This document shows, one piece after another, positions 1 through 13,441 of a stretch of DNA of 64,000 nt (within the stretch, counting starts at the first letter, position 1; every line of letters starts with the position of its first letter). Source of the DNA: Eledone cirrhosa. Taxonomy: Eukaryota. A program made the position numbers and the translations under genes. Where the stretch lies: positions 166,656,001-166,720,000 of the forward strand of contig OZ024741.1 of NCBI GenBank assembly GCA_964016885.1, read 5' to 3'. The notes under the pieces were generated by a model, which ran no database searches, had not been told where the DNA came from, and saw only the letters and a list, made by a program, of their open reading frames with translations.

Positions 1-483
1 CGTAATTCCTCATTCAATGACAATACACACAGATCCTAATTCCTTAGTCATGTAGTTTGCAAGGAATTCTGAAGCCGCAAATTTACTGCATGGTGTTACT
101 TTGGAAGAACATGCAGGCATTCCCGGGTACCTCTGCTATATAAAGTAGTATAAGTGAGGACTTTGAAGCAAAAAGGAATGGTTCTATGTGATAACTCGAT
201 CTACTAGAAATATTAGCAAAATCCATTTCAAATCACAAACAACTGTCTTACACACATACATGTGTGTGTATGTATCTATGTATGTCATGTGAGCCACTAT
301 AACTGTTGGTATAGCTAATAGAAATAGAAAACAAATCTCCCTCAAACAAGATCCTATTGCCATAGAGGCAAAGATTGGTGAAAGCTACAGTGTACAAATT
401 TAAATACACTTTCCCTGAATTACAGAAATGAGTAAGTAAATGCTTCATTCAATCATAAACCAACGCTAAATATATTTTATTAT

Positions 484-669
484 TGGTGAATTGGCAGTAT
501 CGGTAGAGGGTTGGACGCCATGCTTTCTAGCATAGTTACGTCCCTTTAAAGTCTGAGTTCAAATCCCGCCGAGGTTAACTTTGCCTTTCATCCTTACGGG
601 GTCAATAAAATAAAGTACCAGTAATGTACTGGATAATTGCTGGCCTTGTGCCTAAAGTAGAAACAATTA
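484..669 (+). mobile_element. tRNA-derived SINE with Meta-type core (MetaSINE-like)
   Basis: A-box-like TGGCAGTATCGG, B-box GAGTTCAAATCCC, core CTTTGCCTTTCATCCTTACGGGGTC(G/A)ATAAAATAAAGTACCAG, tail GGCCTTGTGCCTAAAGTAGAAACAATT. More than 10 copies in the window. Confidence 0.8.
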
Positions 670-1040
670 CTTTATTTATGGTTTTTAAAATAGTCTTTAC
701 ATGTTTGAATTTCAGAAGTTCAGTTTGAGCAAAAAAAAAAAAGAAAAAGAAAGAAAAGGATAAGTAAAAAAAATCTAAATGTATTTTTTTAGTCATGCCC
801 TGACAACATACCTAATGATTCATCTATGAGTAAAGCATTATATATGCTGACTGTAATAGGGAGCAGTATTCAAAAAATCACCACTGGAAAAAACTAATAT
901 TTTTATCTAGATGATTTACTTTGACCAAACGGCAATAAATATTCTGCTATAATTCCTACTTTGGTTAAAATTCAACAATCATATTTGAACGGTCAAACAT
1001 TTTGTAATGTGTGCCAAATATATTATAACTTTCATAAAAT

Positions 1041-1069
1041 ACCCGGGTATCACCGGGTAGCTCAGCTAG
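1041..1069 (+). mobile_element. Helitron 3' terminus (hairpin plus CTAG)
   Basis: CCCGGGTATCACCGGG hairpin followed by AGCTCAGCTAG|T. Same layout as the other Helitron ends in the window; the 5' end was not located. Confidence 0.55.
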
Positions 1070-1424
1070 TTTAATATAAAATGAATATATCGTAACATTT
1101 CATACAGTCATGGAGAGATTTTCTAAAATTATTATTTTATCATTAAGATGGTAGTTGTAACTAAGTTAACAAAAAGGTTTTTATACAAAATTAATATTGA
1201 AATATTTTAATTTAAATAGGAGCTGCTTAGAATGTGTGCTGTTGTTTTATAGAACCAAATGCAGTTTGAGGTTAAATCAATACAAACATTGGCATGTTTC
1301 CGTGCTGTCATCATTAAACAGGTCGATAGATCAATGAGGATTTGAAACTCAACATATGTATTCATTTTATTCAGTATATTTTTTGGTATTTTTTTTTTTC
1401 ACTGTAATTACACACACACATCCT

Positions 1425-2180
1425 CATCCTGCTCCTCATCATCATCGATTAACGTCCATCTTCCATGCTAGCATGGGTTAGATGGGTCCATTTAGAGGCA
1501 AGTAGGGTTGGGTGACCATGTCTCGCTCATATATATATATATATACATATTTATACATATATAGTTGGCCAAACCATACCTTGCTGAAATGGAACAGCAT
1601 TTTAGCCAGTTTTTTTTACAGCTTGATGCCCTTCCTAACACCAACCAACTTTACAGTGTGGAACTGGGTGACACAGTTATGAGAGGGGCCTGACCAGTTG
1701 GCCGTGTTCTACTTTGCTCATACAGGATCACGTTTTTACAGCTGCTGGATGCCCTTCCTAACACCAACCATGTTTAGATTGTAGGGCTGGGTGGTCCCAC
1801 TTATGAGGCATGTCTGGCCAGTTGGCCACACTGTACCTTGCTTATACCGGACCACATTTTGACTGGGACTTTATGGTTGCTCAATGTACTTCCCGACACC
1901 AACCACATTTATAGTGTGGAACTGATTGGTACTGTTATGAGGAGGGTCTGGCGAGTTGGCTATGCTGTACCCTGTTCATGACGGAACTGTGGAACTGTGT
2001 GGGGATGTTATGAGGAAGGTCTGGCCTTGTACAAAGCAGGACCTGTGGTTTGGCTGGGTTTTTACGGCTGCAGGATGCCTTTTCTAACACCAACCACATT
2101 TACAGTGTGGGACTAGGTGGTACAATTATGGGAGAGGTCCAGCCAGTTGCCCATACCATATCTTGCTCATAGTAGGACTC
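1425..2180 (-). repeat. RTE-LINE 3' UTR fragment with tandemly amplified ~120-bp units
   Basis: (CAT)n tail and AACGTCCATCTTCCATGCTAGCATGGGTT end motif, then several repeats of GATGCCCTTCCTAACACCAACC, matching the 3' UTR at 26400-26580. Confidence 0.7.
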
Positions 2181-2648
2181 TCTTATTCACAATATATAAA
2201 TATTTATATACATATATATTCGCATGAAAATATTCATATATATTGTGACCTGATAATTAATTCTCAGTTATACCCCATTCAATGGACTTTGCAGTTAACT
2301 ACAAACAAATTATGTAGAAAATTGAAATGGCAGCGCTCTTCAAAAAATAGATTTGTATCCTTGAAATTCAATCTGTCAGTGATACAAATTTGTTCATTTT
2401 ATTCAATTAGAGTAACACTAAAACAATTACTTTGTGGTGAAAAGAGTAGATGATATTTAGGAAATATTTCTAGGCAATTACTGTCAGTTAACAGCTGAAA
2501 TATGTTGATTGAGAAGACAGGAAAACTATAAGCTACTAAGGATTATTTGGCAAAAGTTTTATATACATAAAGTATATATAATCATATGAAAGTATCGAAA
2601 TTCAGTGTAATCATACCAATATAATAATATTTATCATATTTATTAATC

Positions 2649-2960
2649 ATCATCATCACCGTTTTACGTCAGCATGGGTTAGACGGATTGTCCTGTTGTG
2701 GGCAATGCTAGGTCAGGTGACCATGTCTTGCACATACAGAACTGATTTCAGTTTGGATTCTACAGCTGGATGCCCTTCCTAACACCAACCTCATTTACAG
2801 TGAGTACTGGGTACTTTTTGTCATGTCACCTACATGACCACTATACAATGTGGGCTTTTTTGTCGTGTCACCTACATGACCACTATACAGTGTGGGCTGG
2901 GTGCTTTTTGTCATGTCACCTACGTGACCACTTTACAGTGTGAGCTGTGTACTTTTTGTC
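2649..2960 (-). mobile_element. RTE-tail fragment (SINE or LINE 3' end) with ~45-bp internal repeats
   Basis: (CAT)n tail, GGATGCCCTTCCTAACACCAACC, and three TGTCACCTAC(A/G)TGACCACT units. Confidence 0.6.
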
Positions 2961-3169
2961 AGAATGAAATCAATTTTAATCTATCATCAGACAATGCTGC
3001 TAACTAATCAACAGACACTCTAAACTATTTTAGCTGAATGTTGAAAAGAAAAATTATGGAAGCTACATTTTCCATGCTGAGAGGGAAAGCAGATGATGAT
3101 GTTATATGCATATGTATTTGTTCCGTCTCAATGAGGTCAACATTACTTTCATCTATTCATGATCTATAA

Positions 3170-3390
3170 ATAATGGTTTCTGATTTAGGCACAAGGTCAG
3201 CAATTTGAAGGTGAGGGGAAAGGTGAATAAATCAACCCCAGTGCATTAATGGTGCTTTATTTATCGTTCCCGTAAGGATGAAAGGCAAAGTTGAACTCGG
3301 CGGGATTTGAACTCAGAACATAAAGTGCCGTAACTCTATGCCACAAAGCATAATGTTCAATGCTTTAAAGATACTGCCAATCCACCACGG
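3170..3390 (-). mobile_element. MetaSINE-like copy
   Basis: Reverse complement of the 484-669 family (GTAAGGATGAAAGGCAAAGTT...GGGATTTGAACTCAG). Confidence 0.75.
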
Positions 3391-4016
3391 TCAATAAATA
3401 ATGTACCAGTTCGAGGGGTAGTGTATTGGCAGAATTATAAAGGAATTAGACAGGATACTTTGCCTTATCTTATCATGTGTGTGTTCTGAACTCAAGTCCT
3501 GCTTTTTTCACATTAGCTACAACCAGTAGATAAAACCAACAATGGAATGTCCGATGGAAACATTGCTTCCTTGGTCCAATCTGATGATTGGTTCCCTTCC
3601 GTTCCTTTCTTTTTCTTATATAAACATATATACATGGTAAAGCAATCATTAAATTATGATTTTATATTTTCCTACTGAATCTCATATTTGTTAAGTCTAT
3701 TTAGCGTAGAAATTATAATAATATCGATGACTTGCCGTAGCTCATAGGGTTGGTTACCATAGGTTCATTAAGGTTAGGCTAGGCTGGTTTACTCAGTGAG
3801 TTACAACTCATTTATGACTGAAGTGTTTTAGAAGAGTCTTAGCCTTTAGCGTGCCACTAAATTTTTTGAATTATTTCCCATGCAGCTGCCTTATATTTTT
3901 GGGTTCATCTTATCTGGCAAAAATCGGCCTAAACCTGAATTACACCTCAGAATTTTAGGGGTCGACCTATGCGCCAGATCGACTTGTACGCCAGCATATA
4001 CGATGTATATATATAT

Positions 4017-4063
4017 CTTCCTGCTGATTTCTCCCGAATGAAACAGTTCTAGTCCTGTAGAAG
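4017..4063 (+). ncRNA. Type-I hammerhead ribozyme motif, core-mutated (CUGCUGA)
   Basis: CTTC-CTGCTGA-TTTC TCCC GAAT-GAAA-CAG TTCTAGTC CTG-TA-GAAG; same family as 30961-31009. Confidence 0.5.
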
Positions 4064-4136
4064 CCTTTCTATATATAAATATATATAACCCATGCGAGCA
4101 TGGAAGATGGACATTTAACGAAGGTAATGATGATGA

Positions 4137-5730
4137 TCATCATCATCAACATCACTGTTGAACGTCATATTTCCATTCTTGCATGGATCAGATAGGTCGT
4201 TATGAAGCAAGGGTAGCCAGTTGGCTACCCTGTACCTTGCTCAAATTGAACGGCATTTTGGCCAGTTTTTTACAGCTGGATTCCCTTCTTAACAACAGCC
4301 ACTTTTACAGTGTGGAACTGGGTGGTCACATTATGTGAGGGGTCTAGCTAGTTGGTTGCACCATACCCTGCTCATAAGCGGATTTATTTTGGGGAGCTGA
4401 GTAGACCTGTAATGAGGTAGGTCTAGCCAGTTGGCCACGCTGAACCTTGCTCATAGTGGAGCCTGTGTTTTGGCTGGGATTTTTACAGTTGTTGGATGCC
4501 TTTCCTAACACCACATTTACTGTGTGACTACGTGGTCACACTTATGAAGCAAGTCTGACCAGTTGTCTGCACCATACCTTTTTTCATATGAGAGCGTGTC
4601 TTGGCTGGGTTTCTATGGCTGCTGGATGTCCTTCCTATCAACAACCACTTTTACAGTGTGGAACTGCATGTTCCCATTATGGGGAGGATCTGGCCAGGTG
4701 GCCATACCATACCTTGGACATAGGCGAACCATGTTTTGGTTGAGATTTTACAACTTGGTTTGTGCTCTTCCTAAGCACAAACCAAGTTTGCAGTGTGAGC
4801 TTCACTGGGTTGTTGGCTTGGGTCTTCTGTTGTAATTTGTAGGTCCAGAGGTCTCAGTCCTGTGTTATCTTTATCAAGAGGTCCAGCTGTGAAAGGTCAG
4901 CCTTTATTATGTCATCCCACCTTTTCCCCTTCTGAGGCACCTACTACCTCGAGCGCCATGCACCTTTTTATACAACTGTCATCCAGCATGTGCATCACAT
5001 GCCCATACCATTGCAGTCTTGCACACAGCATTTAATCTCTCTTCACAATTCATTCCCAATTCATTTACACTTTGCCATTCATGTATACTACTGTTACATA
5101 TCCATCAGAGCATGCAAGCTTCATTACTTTCCAATCTACGTAGATCTTCAGTGCACAGTGCCCAGGTTTCTCTTCCATCTATCATTGCTGTTACATACAG
5201 ACATCATACAGCTAGCCTTTTATCTTGAGTTGCTACCAGCAGCAGCTCCCTGAACGTTTTCCATCCTGTCTTTACTGTACTTTCTGATCATCCACCCCCA
5301 CTTCTGATTTGGTTTTCTAGGTAGCAGAGACTATCAACTATTTTTATTGAGTCCTCTGTGCATTTAAAAGAGCTTGTTTCCGAAGAGTTTATTCTTACTG
5401 CCCCTGTGCAATGTCCAAATAGGTTCTTTGCTAACCTGCCTGATTTCCCATTACACCTTTAGTGTACCAATAATTTGCATTTAGGACACAAGATTGAGTT
5501 ACTACATACTCCTTTCCTGCATACAGAGCAGCGCTATTTCCCAGAGAGGACCAGGGCCCTGTTTTCTTTTCTACTCACTAGGATTATGGCCTTTGCCAGG
5601 TTGAAATTAAGGCCTTTTGTTTCCAAGCTGTGCCTGAATGTCAGAAATGTCTCCTCTAATTCTGTCACAGATCCAGCTATGAGGGTTAGATCGTTGGCGT
5701 ATATGAGTTTCCTTGGGCAACCAGTCTTAA
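4137..5730 (-). mobile_element. Degenerate 5'-truncated RTE-PHD LINE copy
   Basis: Minus-strand FKTGCPRKLIYANDLTLIA...NLAK... similar to ORF 23244-26036. 3' UTR repeats at 4140-4800; the 5' end abuts a (TA)n tract. Confidence 0.8.
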
Positions 5731-5737
5731 AATATAT

Positions 5738-5786
<49 letters not shown>

Positions 5787-6119
5787 TACACACACACATA
5801 TATACATACATATATATATATATATACACATACAAACCTTATCAAATAGAATGAATGGACACAGCTTCAGTTGTTTTGCCATTCACTAAATAATTTAATT
5901 AAGTCTGTATTATTAAAATACAAACCCAATCAATTAGAATGTACACTTATATGTTAATCAGTGAGGAAAACGAGTTCATATGGACGAAATTGGCTGTGTT
6001 CAGACATAGAACTTAATGTATTTTCTCTGTAAACATCATTTGTCAGGAAAACCAGGAAAATCAAACAGCTTTCAAAATTTATTAGAGGTTATTAAGTAAA
6101 TATGTATTGCTTAGTGGTT

Positions 6120-6655
6120 AGGACAACTGACGCTGTACACCAGGTCCGAACACAGAGATGCGAACTCTCACTGTCATTGCCTCCATCACTCTCACCCTCC
6201 CCATCTCTCTCTATTATGAGCAAATGGGGTCCCTAAGGTTGTGAGTTTGATTTTTGGTGGTGCATTGTATCCTTGAGCAATACACCTCATTTCACGTGAT
6301 GAATTATGTAACAGGATTACGTTTAACCCAAACATAATAATACAACACAAGGTTCTAAAAACCTTCGCTAAGTACAAACCACTACCTCCCTATGGACAAC
6401 TGACATTGCACCCCAGGTCCGAACACGGAAGAGCCGAACTCCCACTGTCATCGCCCCCATCTCTCACCCTCCCCATCTCCCTGTATTATGAGCAAATGGG
6501 GTCCCACGTGCTGGCTGTCCCACAGCCCCAGTGGACAGAATGGAGAAGGTGTTTCCCCCGGAGGATGGTGAGGGAGATGCGTTGGAAAAGCCATTCTAAT
6601 TCCATCTTGCAGGGCTCACACCTGCGACTAGCCATCTCTGCTCCAGTCCACTCAG
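6120..6655 (-). pseudogene. Two 3'-end fragments of a CRE-like RLE non-LTR element
   Basis: Minus-strand GAEMASRRCEPCKMELEWLFQRISLTILRG matches the C-terminus of ORF 53165-53548; 6120-6232 duplicates 6393-6505. Confidence 0.6.
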
Positions 6656-6879
6656 CTGGCAAAAATGAGTTGTGCCTGTAACTCAAGTGGCCAGCCTTGT
6701 CATTCACACACTGCGTCAAACTGAAACACCCCGAGAACTATGTTATACTTACATGTTTCAGTGGAATGCTGAACTACTTGAACGTTAATTTCACATGTAG
6801 GCTATTATGTTGTTCAATCAATGGGAATACTTGTCATAAGTGACAGATGTCCAACAACACATACACTATCAGCAATATT

Positions 6880-8430
6880 TATCAAGAAATTGAAAATATT
6901 TCATAATGCTCTAGAGAAGCAAATTAGTTAGTTACTGAAATATCAACAGTCATCAACAAAGAACAAAATACTATTGCAGAACCCACCATAAAAGATTCTT
7001 GTTATGTGATAGCTAGAATGTTTGGGCCGAGTTTCAATCCCAAAAATAATAACAATAAAAAAAAATATTCCTTAAGCAGTCAACATAACTGGAAGACAAA
7101 TTTAAGATATTGTCTGAAAATAATAAATACCAGTGCAAGATATTTATGCAAATGATAAGATGCTGCATTGCAACTAGATGAATCAACAGATGTTTAAAAC
7201 AACTATTGGTTTTTATGTGTTATATTTATAAGAACAGGATTATAGAGCAATTCTTGTGCTGTCAAAAAGCTCCACTAAAAGTCAAGATATATTTGAAATT
7301 TTATATAGTTTCCTCCCTCTCTTCTTCTTTATCATCATCATCTTCACCATCATTACCATCTATTATTTTATATCCTCTTTCTATGCTATCATGGTTTGGA
7401 TAGGTCGTTACGATCCAATTCAGTCCTTATTTTGAGCAACTCCTCTTCTAGATGGGTCGGAGCAATATATCTTGCTCATAGGTTCCATTTTTAGCATAGT
7501 TTTTACATCTGGATGCCCTTTCTAACAACAACCACTTTACTAAATAAAGAAAAAATGATTGACAAGATCCCAGGCCTCATTTGCTTATCAAGTGGCATGG
7601 AACTCATCAAATTGGACCAAGGAAACAATGCTTCCATTGGTCTTTCCATTGCTGATACTATATACTGGTTGCAACTCCTGACAGAAAGAACAATATGAAA
7701 TAAAGTACCTTGCTCAAGAACATAACACATCACTCAGTCCGGGGAATCAAACCCGCAATCTCAAGATGGTGAATCCAATTCTCTAACCACTAAGCCATGT
7801 ATAGGACAATGTAGAGATAGTGTATACTCAATACTTTATAGCTACGACAAAAAACAAGAATGAAAATATTCTAAGCACTCGTTGCTATGTACAATGTGAA
7901 GCACTAACTGCAGAAACAATTCAAAGGGAATTTAAAGTAGTCATGGATAAAGTTGTTTAGCCCTTTTAAAACCTCTGAAACTACTCCTGGTTCTATGATA
8001 GTAAACTTTATTTTAAAGTGTTTACATTTATCTAAAAACCTCTATCATGATTTCATGCAAGAACCACTGTTAAGTTATGTTCCAAACATCAACTTTATAA
8101 CAAGAAAGTTTCGCTAAATCCCTCCAAATTCTTGATTATTTTCTGTGTATTTCATTAGAAATATAGTAACGAAAAGGTTAAATAAGCAACTTTATGAAAA
8201 GTAAATCTTTTAAGTAAAGATTATTTGATCGTATTTGTGGAGAGGTGGAAGCAAAGTTTGAAAACCTTATTTTGCACACTTAAGTCTCCTCTAGTTCTCA
8301 ATGTGTGCAGAGGTTTATCATGTGTATGAATTCAGAGAAATTATGTTTAAATTTTGCCAAGCTGAATTCTGTGATTTAATTAAAAATGAGCTTTGATGCA
8401 CAAAGTGAGCATAATTTTCTAACATAGTCC
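6880..8430 (+). pseudogene. Degenerate hAT (Charlie/Buster-like) transposase relic interrupted by a SINE
   Basis: GCATTGCAACTAGATGAATCAACAGATGTT = ALQLDESTDV (~7165); NLILHT*V (~8265) resembles LLLHTEVRWLS; many stops. Boundaries uncertain. Confidence 0.5.
7330..7800 (-). mobile_element. tRNA/CORE-type SINE with RTE 3' tail
   Basis: Minus-strand head GGCTTAGTGGTTAGAG...GGTTTGATTCCC, CORE-like TTCTTGAGCAAGGTACTTTATTTC, and RTE tail GAAAGGGCATCCAG. Confidence 0.7.
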
Positions 8431-8804
8431 AGTGTATATATTCACTGGACTTTCACAAACCTGGAAGCATTTGCCTGCAGCATATCAACTTACCCAAATT
8501 TCTTCACATAATGGTATTAGCATATGATGATGTTACATCTTTGCTAGCTTGTAATGATTGCATATTAGCTGTACACAAGTGCCACTGGAATATGTATTAT
8601 GCAATAAATGTGACTATGTAACCATAACATCTGTCTTAACATTAATTCATACAAAGAAACTCCATCTTGGCCATCATAATGCCAGATATATATGACTGAT
8701 GTGGTGTGCTTTTACCTGTTTATCAACTCTCACAGATAAGCAACTCAGATAAGTGTTCAATTTTAATTCCATAGAGATTTTTGAAATGTTCATATATATA
8801 CTGC

Positions 8805-11455
8805 TCAGAGCAGTCATGGGGTGAACAGAGCCTCTGTAAGCTGTAGTGTGGGCAACCCGTCTAGGAGAGCTACCCCCTCCAAATAAATTGGTGCGGGGTG
8901 GAGAAGCCCCCTAAGTCCAGTAAGACGGCTTCCCTAGTGCTGGTGGTATGAATAAGAACACCCTGTCCATGTTGTAAAATGGAAGAAATAGAAGTAGCAT
9001 TCAGCCATTAAAAACCATGTCAAAGTATGGGGTGCAGAGGGCCCCTGACTCCAGTAAGACAACCTCTCTAGTGCTGGTGGCACAAATAAAAGCACCCAAT
9101 CCATGCTGTAAAGCGGTGCTGGTGATAGGAAGGGCATCCAACCAGTATATTAATGCCAAAAAATTATGAGCACTACAGACAAGTATTGCAATAACTGCGT
9201 AAACAACAATAACACTAACCATGTTAGGGCTGCGCACAGTAGTGGTATGGCTAGTGCTGCCATGTGAGAGAACCCCCGATCGTCATCAAGCAATCGCACA
9301 ACAACAACAACAGTAATAATAATGTTAATGATTCTAAATATTTTTTTTGCAGTAAAGGAAAAATCAACAAAAGATGTTACAACTTAATGTTGCACTTAAT
9401 GTTGGCACCCTGAGAGGTAGATCTGGTGAGATAGTGGAGATGCTAGAGAGAAGACATGTGAATGTGTGATACGTACAAGAGGTGAGATGGAGAGGTGCCT
9501 CAGCAAGACTAATCGCAGGCAAACAGCTTAGCTATAAGCTTCTCTGGGTAGGAAATGATGATAAGTTAGGTGGAGTAGGCAGTTTACTGGCTGAGAAGAG
9601 GATCAACAAGACAATAGAGGTAGTTAGAGTAAGATCAGCTTAGTTGTAGGCAATAGACTGCTGACAGTTATCGCTACCTATGTTCCCCAAGCGGGCCTAG
9701 GTAAAGAAGAGAAGGGTTGTTTTTATGAGAAACCTCTAGAGACAACTATAATGATAGAGGATAGAGACCTAGTTATACTAGCAGGTGACTTCAATGGTCA
9801 TGTTGGACAGGTCCAAGATGGATAAACTGGAGTACATGGTGGTATTGGTTATGGCTCAAGAAACGAAGAAGGACTGAGGCTTCTTGAATTTTATGATGCA
9901 CGTGAACTAACCATTTTCAACACTAATTTCAGGAAACACGACAGACAGATGGTTTTGAATACTAAGGCATACCCTGGGGAAGAATGTACCCCCCAACATA
10001 GGTTAGTTATTAGTGACATCTCAATAAGCAAGAGACAGAATGAGACACACAGGAAGGTATGGAAAAGGAAGGTCTGGAAGCTAAAAGACCTTTCACTTAA
10101 ATATAAATTTAGGAAAGCTCTTCAAGATGTGTATGACGAGAAAGAAGACAAATTAGAATTGTATGACATAGAAGATAACTGGAAGTTCTTACGTGACAAC
10201 TTACTGCAAACAACTGAAGAGACTTGTGGCTGGAGCAGAGCTCCAACCAGACAGAGGGTGACTTGGTGGTGGAACAGCACAGTAGATAGAGCCATTAAAG
10301 ACAAAAGACAAGCATGGAAGGATTGGAAAAATGGGTGGAGTAGAGACCGATACTCAACTGCTAAAAGAGAGGCTAGACATCAGGTATACTTAGCATGCAA
10401 GGAAGCTGCGAGCAGGAGGTTTGCCAATGTTCTGCGATGAGAGGATCAGTGACATGATGTGTTCTGCATTGCAAGTCAGTGTGTTAGTGTAAATCAGGAT
10501 GTTGTTGGAGATAAGTGTGACCGAAATTATGCTGGTGCACTTAGCATCACTTATGCTCAGAAAAAGGAGGCCTGGAAATGTCATTAGGAGAGACTGATGA
10601 ATGTTTATAATGAATAGGAGAGAGAGAGAAACTACCCTCAACAGACCCAGCAGAGGGACCAGCTATTGAGATTGATGATTATAGGGTCAAAGAGACAATT
10701 AAGGAAATGAAAAGGGGTAAGGCCGCTGGACCATCAAGTATAGTTGCTGAGATGCTGAAGGCATCAGGAGAAGTAGGCACTAAACTAGTTGCACACATCA
10801 TTAATCAAGCTATATATGGTGGTGTCATACCGAAAGACTGGTGCAGCAGTATTCTTATAAATTGCTACAAAGGTAAAGGGATACTCTAGAGAGGAGCAAT
10901 TATAGGGGCATAAAGCTGATGGATCAGGTTATGAAAGTGGCAGAGAGAATATTAGCACAACTGATTAGAGAAAGGGTCAAATTAGATGAGATGCAATTTG
11001 GTTTTGTGCCTGGGAAAAGTACAACAGATGCCCTCTTCTTAGTGAGACAATTACAAGAGAGGTTCTTAGAGAAGAATAAGCCACTATACTTAGCTTTTGT
11101 TGACCTAGAGAAGGCCTTTGATAGGGTACCTCGATCTGTCATCTGGTGGTCCCTAAGGAAACTAGGTGTAGAGGAATGGCTTGTGAGGACAGTGAAAGCT
11201 TTGTACAGAGGTGCTGTCAGTAAAGTGAGAGTAAGAATGGAGTTTAGTGAAGAATTCCAGATAAAAGTAGGAGTTCATCAGGGTTTGGTCGTCAGCCCAC
11301 TCTTATTCATTATAGTCCTCCAAGCCATAACAGAGGAGTTTAAGACTGGCTGCCCATGTGAACTTCTCTATGCTGATGATCTGGTACTTACAGCAGAATC
11401 AGTAGAGGAGCTAGAGAATAAATTCCAGCTATGGAAACAGCAGTTTGAATCTTTA
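8805..11455 (+). mobile_element. Decayed RTE LINE (second subfamily): 5' UTR, APE and RT, 3'-truncated
   Basis: LNVGTLRGRSGE (~9395), AGDFNGHVG, ORFs 9949-10440, 10707-10889 and 10919-11566 with FVDLEKAFDRVP and LYADDL; stops and frameshifts. Confidence 0.9.
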
Positions 11456-11463
11456 TGTAAGAA

Positions 11464-11538
11464 GCTGTCTGATGAGAGCATGGCACTGGGTACGCAGAAT
11501 TACGTGGCCACTGTCGTCATCAAAATATGTATCACAGC
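11464..11538 (+). ncRNA. Decayed Penelope-type minimal hammerhead motif
   Basis: GCTGT-CTGATGA-[long helix II]-C AAAA (GAAA with a CpG-type G>A change)-TATGTA-TC-ACAGC; helix I GCTGT/ACAGC. Confidence 0.45.
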
Positions 11539-11662
11539 CTTATCAATAAAGGACTTTAACATCTGAAAGTACTTTGCATCTTCTTATTCTAAATATACTC
11601 TGTCAGTCCTATGTGGAAAAAGTACATTGAATTGAATTGCATCAATATTTACCGTAAGTATA

Positions 11663-12410
11663 TCTGTATATATATATAAAGACAAAGTTTTCTGTATGTG
11701 TGTGTATGTGTGTGTGGACAATTTTTAATGAAGGCTCATATATTCTAAACCATTCATGCGATTTCTTTGAAATTTTTTACAGAGCATCTCCTTGCACAAA
11801 ACCTGTACATGATCTACAAAGGCTTTCAAAAATCGATATTGGGACCTTTGGAGACATTAAAAAAGTTTCAGTTATTTGTGTGAATTTTCGTGATTAAGTA
11901 AGACAACAGTTATCTTTCGTAATTCGGCTCATTCGGATTTTAATTTACTCTTTCTACTTGATACCAAATGTACGCTTCCTTGAGACTAACAATATCATTT
12001 TGTATATTTCACAACCAGCAATTTCTAACAGATTACTAAGTTAAGTTATAGATTTGACGTTGTATAATTTATTGTTTCAAGCTTGATGTTCATACATTAA
12101 GTAATGTCATAACTTTTACAATATTATGCTTTGTACATAATAGTGTCTATTATTCACTTCACTTCTCTATATCATGATGCACTTTTACTGCTGTCAAAAA
12201 AATTTATACCTAGACTGGATTTCTGTTGTTACATGGTATAACGGATGACACCGAGCTCACATCATAATATTATTTCGCTGGAATAGTGGGTAAAGTTTTC
12301 ATGTTTACATAAAGTACGTTTTTCTTCTATGTATTCAAATTTACTTTGTTTAGTTTAATGAGCTACAACGAAAGCTACTTGAACAGTCCAAAGGACGGGT
12401 AGTTTAGCTA

Positions 12411-12411
<1 letters not shown>
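11663..12411 (+). mobile_element. Non-autonomous Helitron
   Basis: Starts A|TCTGTATATATATAAAG and ends GTCCAAAGGACGGGTAGTTTAGCTAG|T; AT target, no TSD. Confidence 0.7.
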
Positions 12412-12504
<93 letters not shown>

Positions 12505-12874
12505 TGCCAGTAGACTGTGCTTTAAAATACTCTCTGCTTTATCTTAAAAACTAAACAAGTTTACTGCTAGAATTTATCAGATTTCATTACAGAAATTCCT
12601 TAGTCAAAACCAATTTCATGTTCCACCAACTACCTGAAACTCTAAATAGCATCTTATTTATGTTGGCTCTCTTCCTCTCTCTGGATCTCTTTCTCTCTCT
12701 CCCTTTAAATATATATATGTGTGTGTGTGTGTATATATATATGTTGGCTCTCTTCCTCTCTCTGCATCTATTTCTCTCTCTACCTTTAAATATATATATA
12801 TATATAATTATTTAACAGCCATTAAATGATGATGATGATATATGTGCATGTGGGTGTGTTTATGTGTATGTATG

Positions 12875-12934
<60 letters not shown>

Positions 12935-13441
12935 TACATTATCATCATTTAGTGCCTGTTATTTCTGTTAGGAAGAGTTGGATGTGTCATCACATACCAA
13001 GTTAGAATTTAATCAGATATACTTTCTAATGGGCTGAGCCACACATCTCACATACATTGCCTAAGGAGGTTGTCAGAACACAACTAAAGAGTCTAAATGA
13101 CCCATTGTTTTGCAAGTTTTCTATGGCTGGATGTTCATCCTATCACCAATCACTTTACAGAGTGTACTGGGTGCATTTTGTTACCACCACTAGAGAGCTT
13201 GTCCTACTCTTGAAACAGTAGAAGAGTCCTCTTGACATGGTTTCTATGGCTAGATGCTCTTTCTAACACCCAGTACTTTACAGAGTGCACTGGGTGTATT
13301 TATCGTGACACCGACACTAGGAATGTTGCTAATCATTGACTCAACAGAAAAGTTATTTCTACCATAAAGGAGGGAATAGCATAGTAGGAGGATGTGTCAA
13401 GAATGAAGGTAAATATGATGGCATTGGTAAATGACATTAAG

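Noticed and set aside
484-669. tRNA genes at SINE heads
   Set aside because: A/B boxes are present, but there is no full cloverleaf and they are fused to SINE cores and tails.
3900-4005. Tc2/pogo-like terminal repeat (GACTTGTACGCCAGCATATACG); another TIR-like end near 41690-41712
   Set aside because: No partner TIR or transposase was found.
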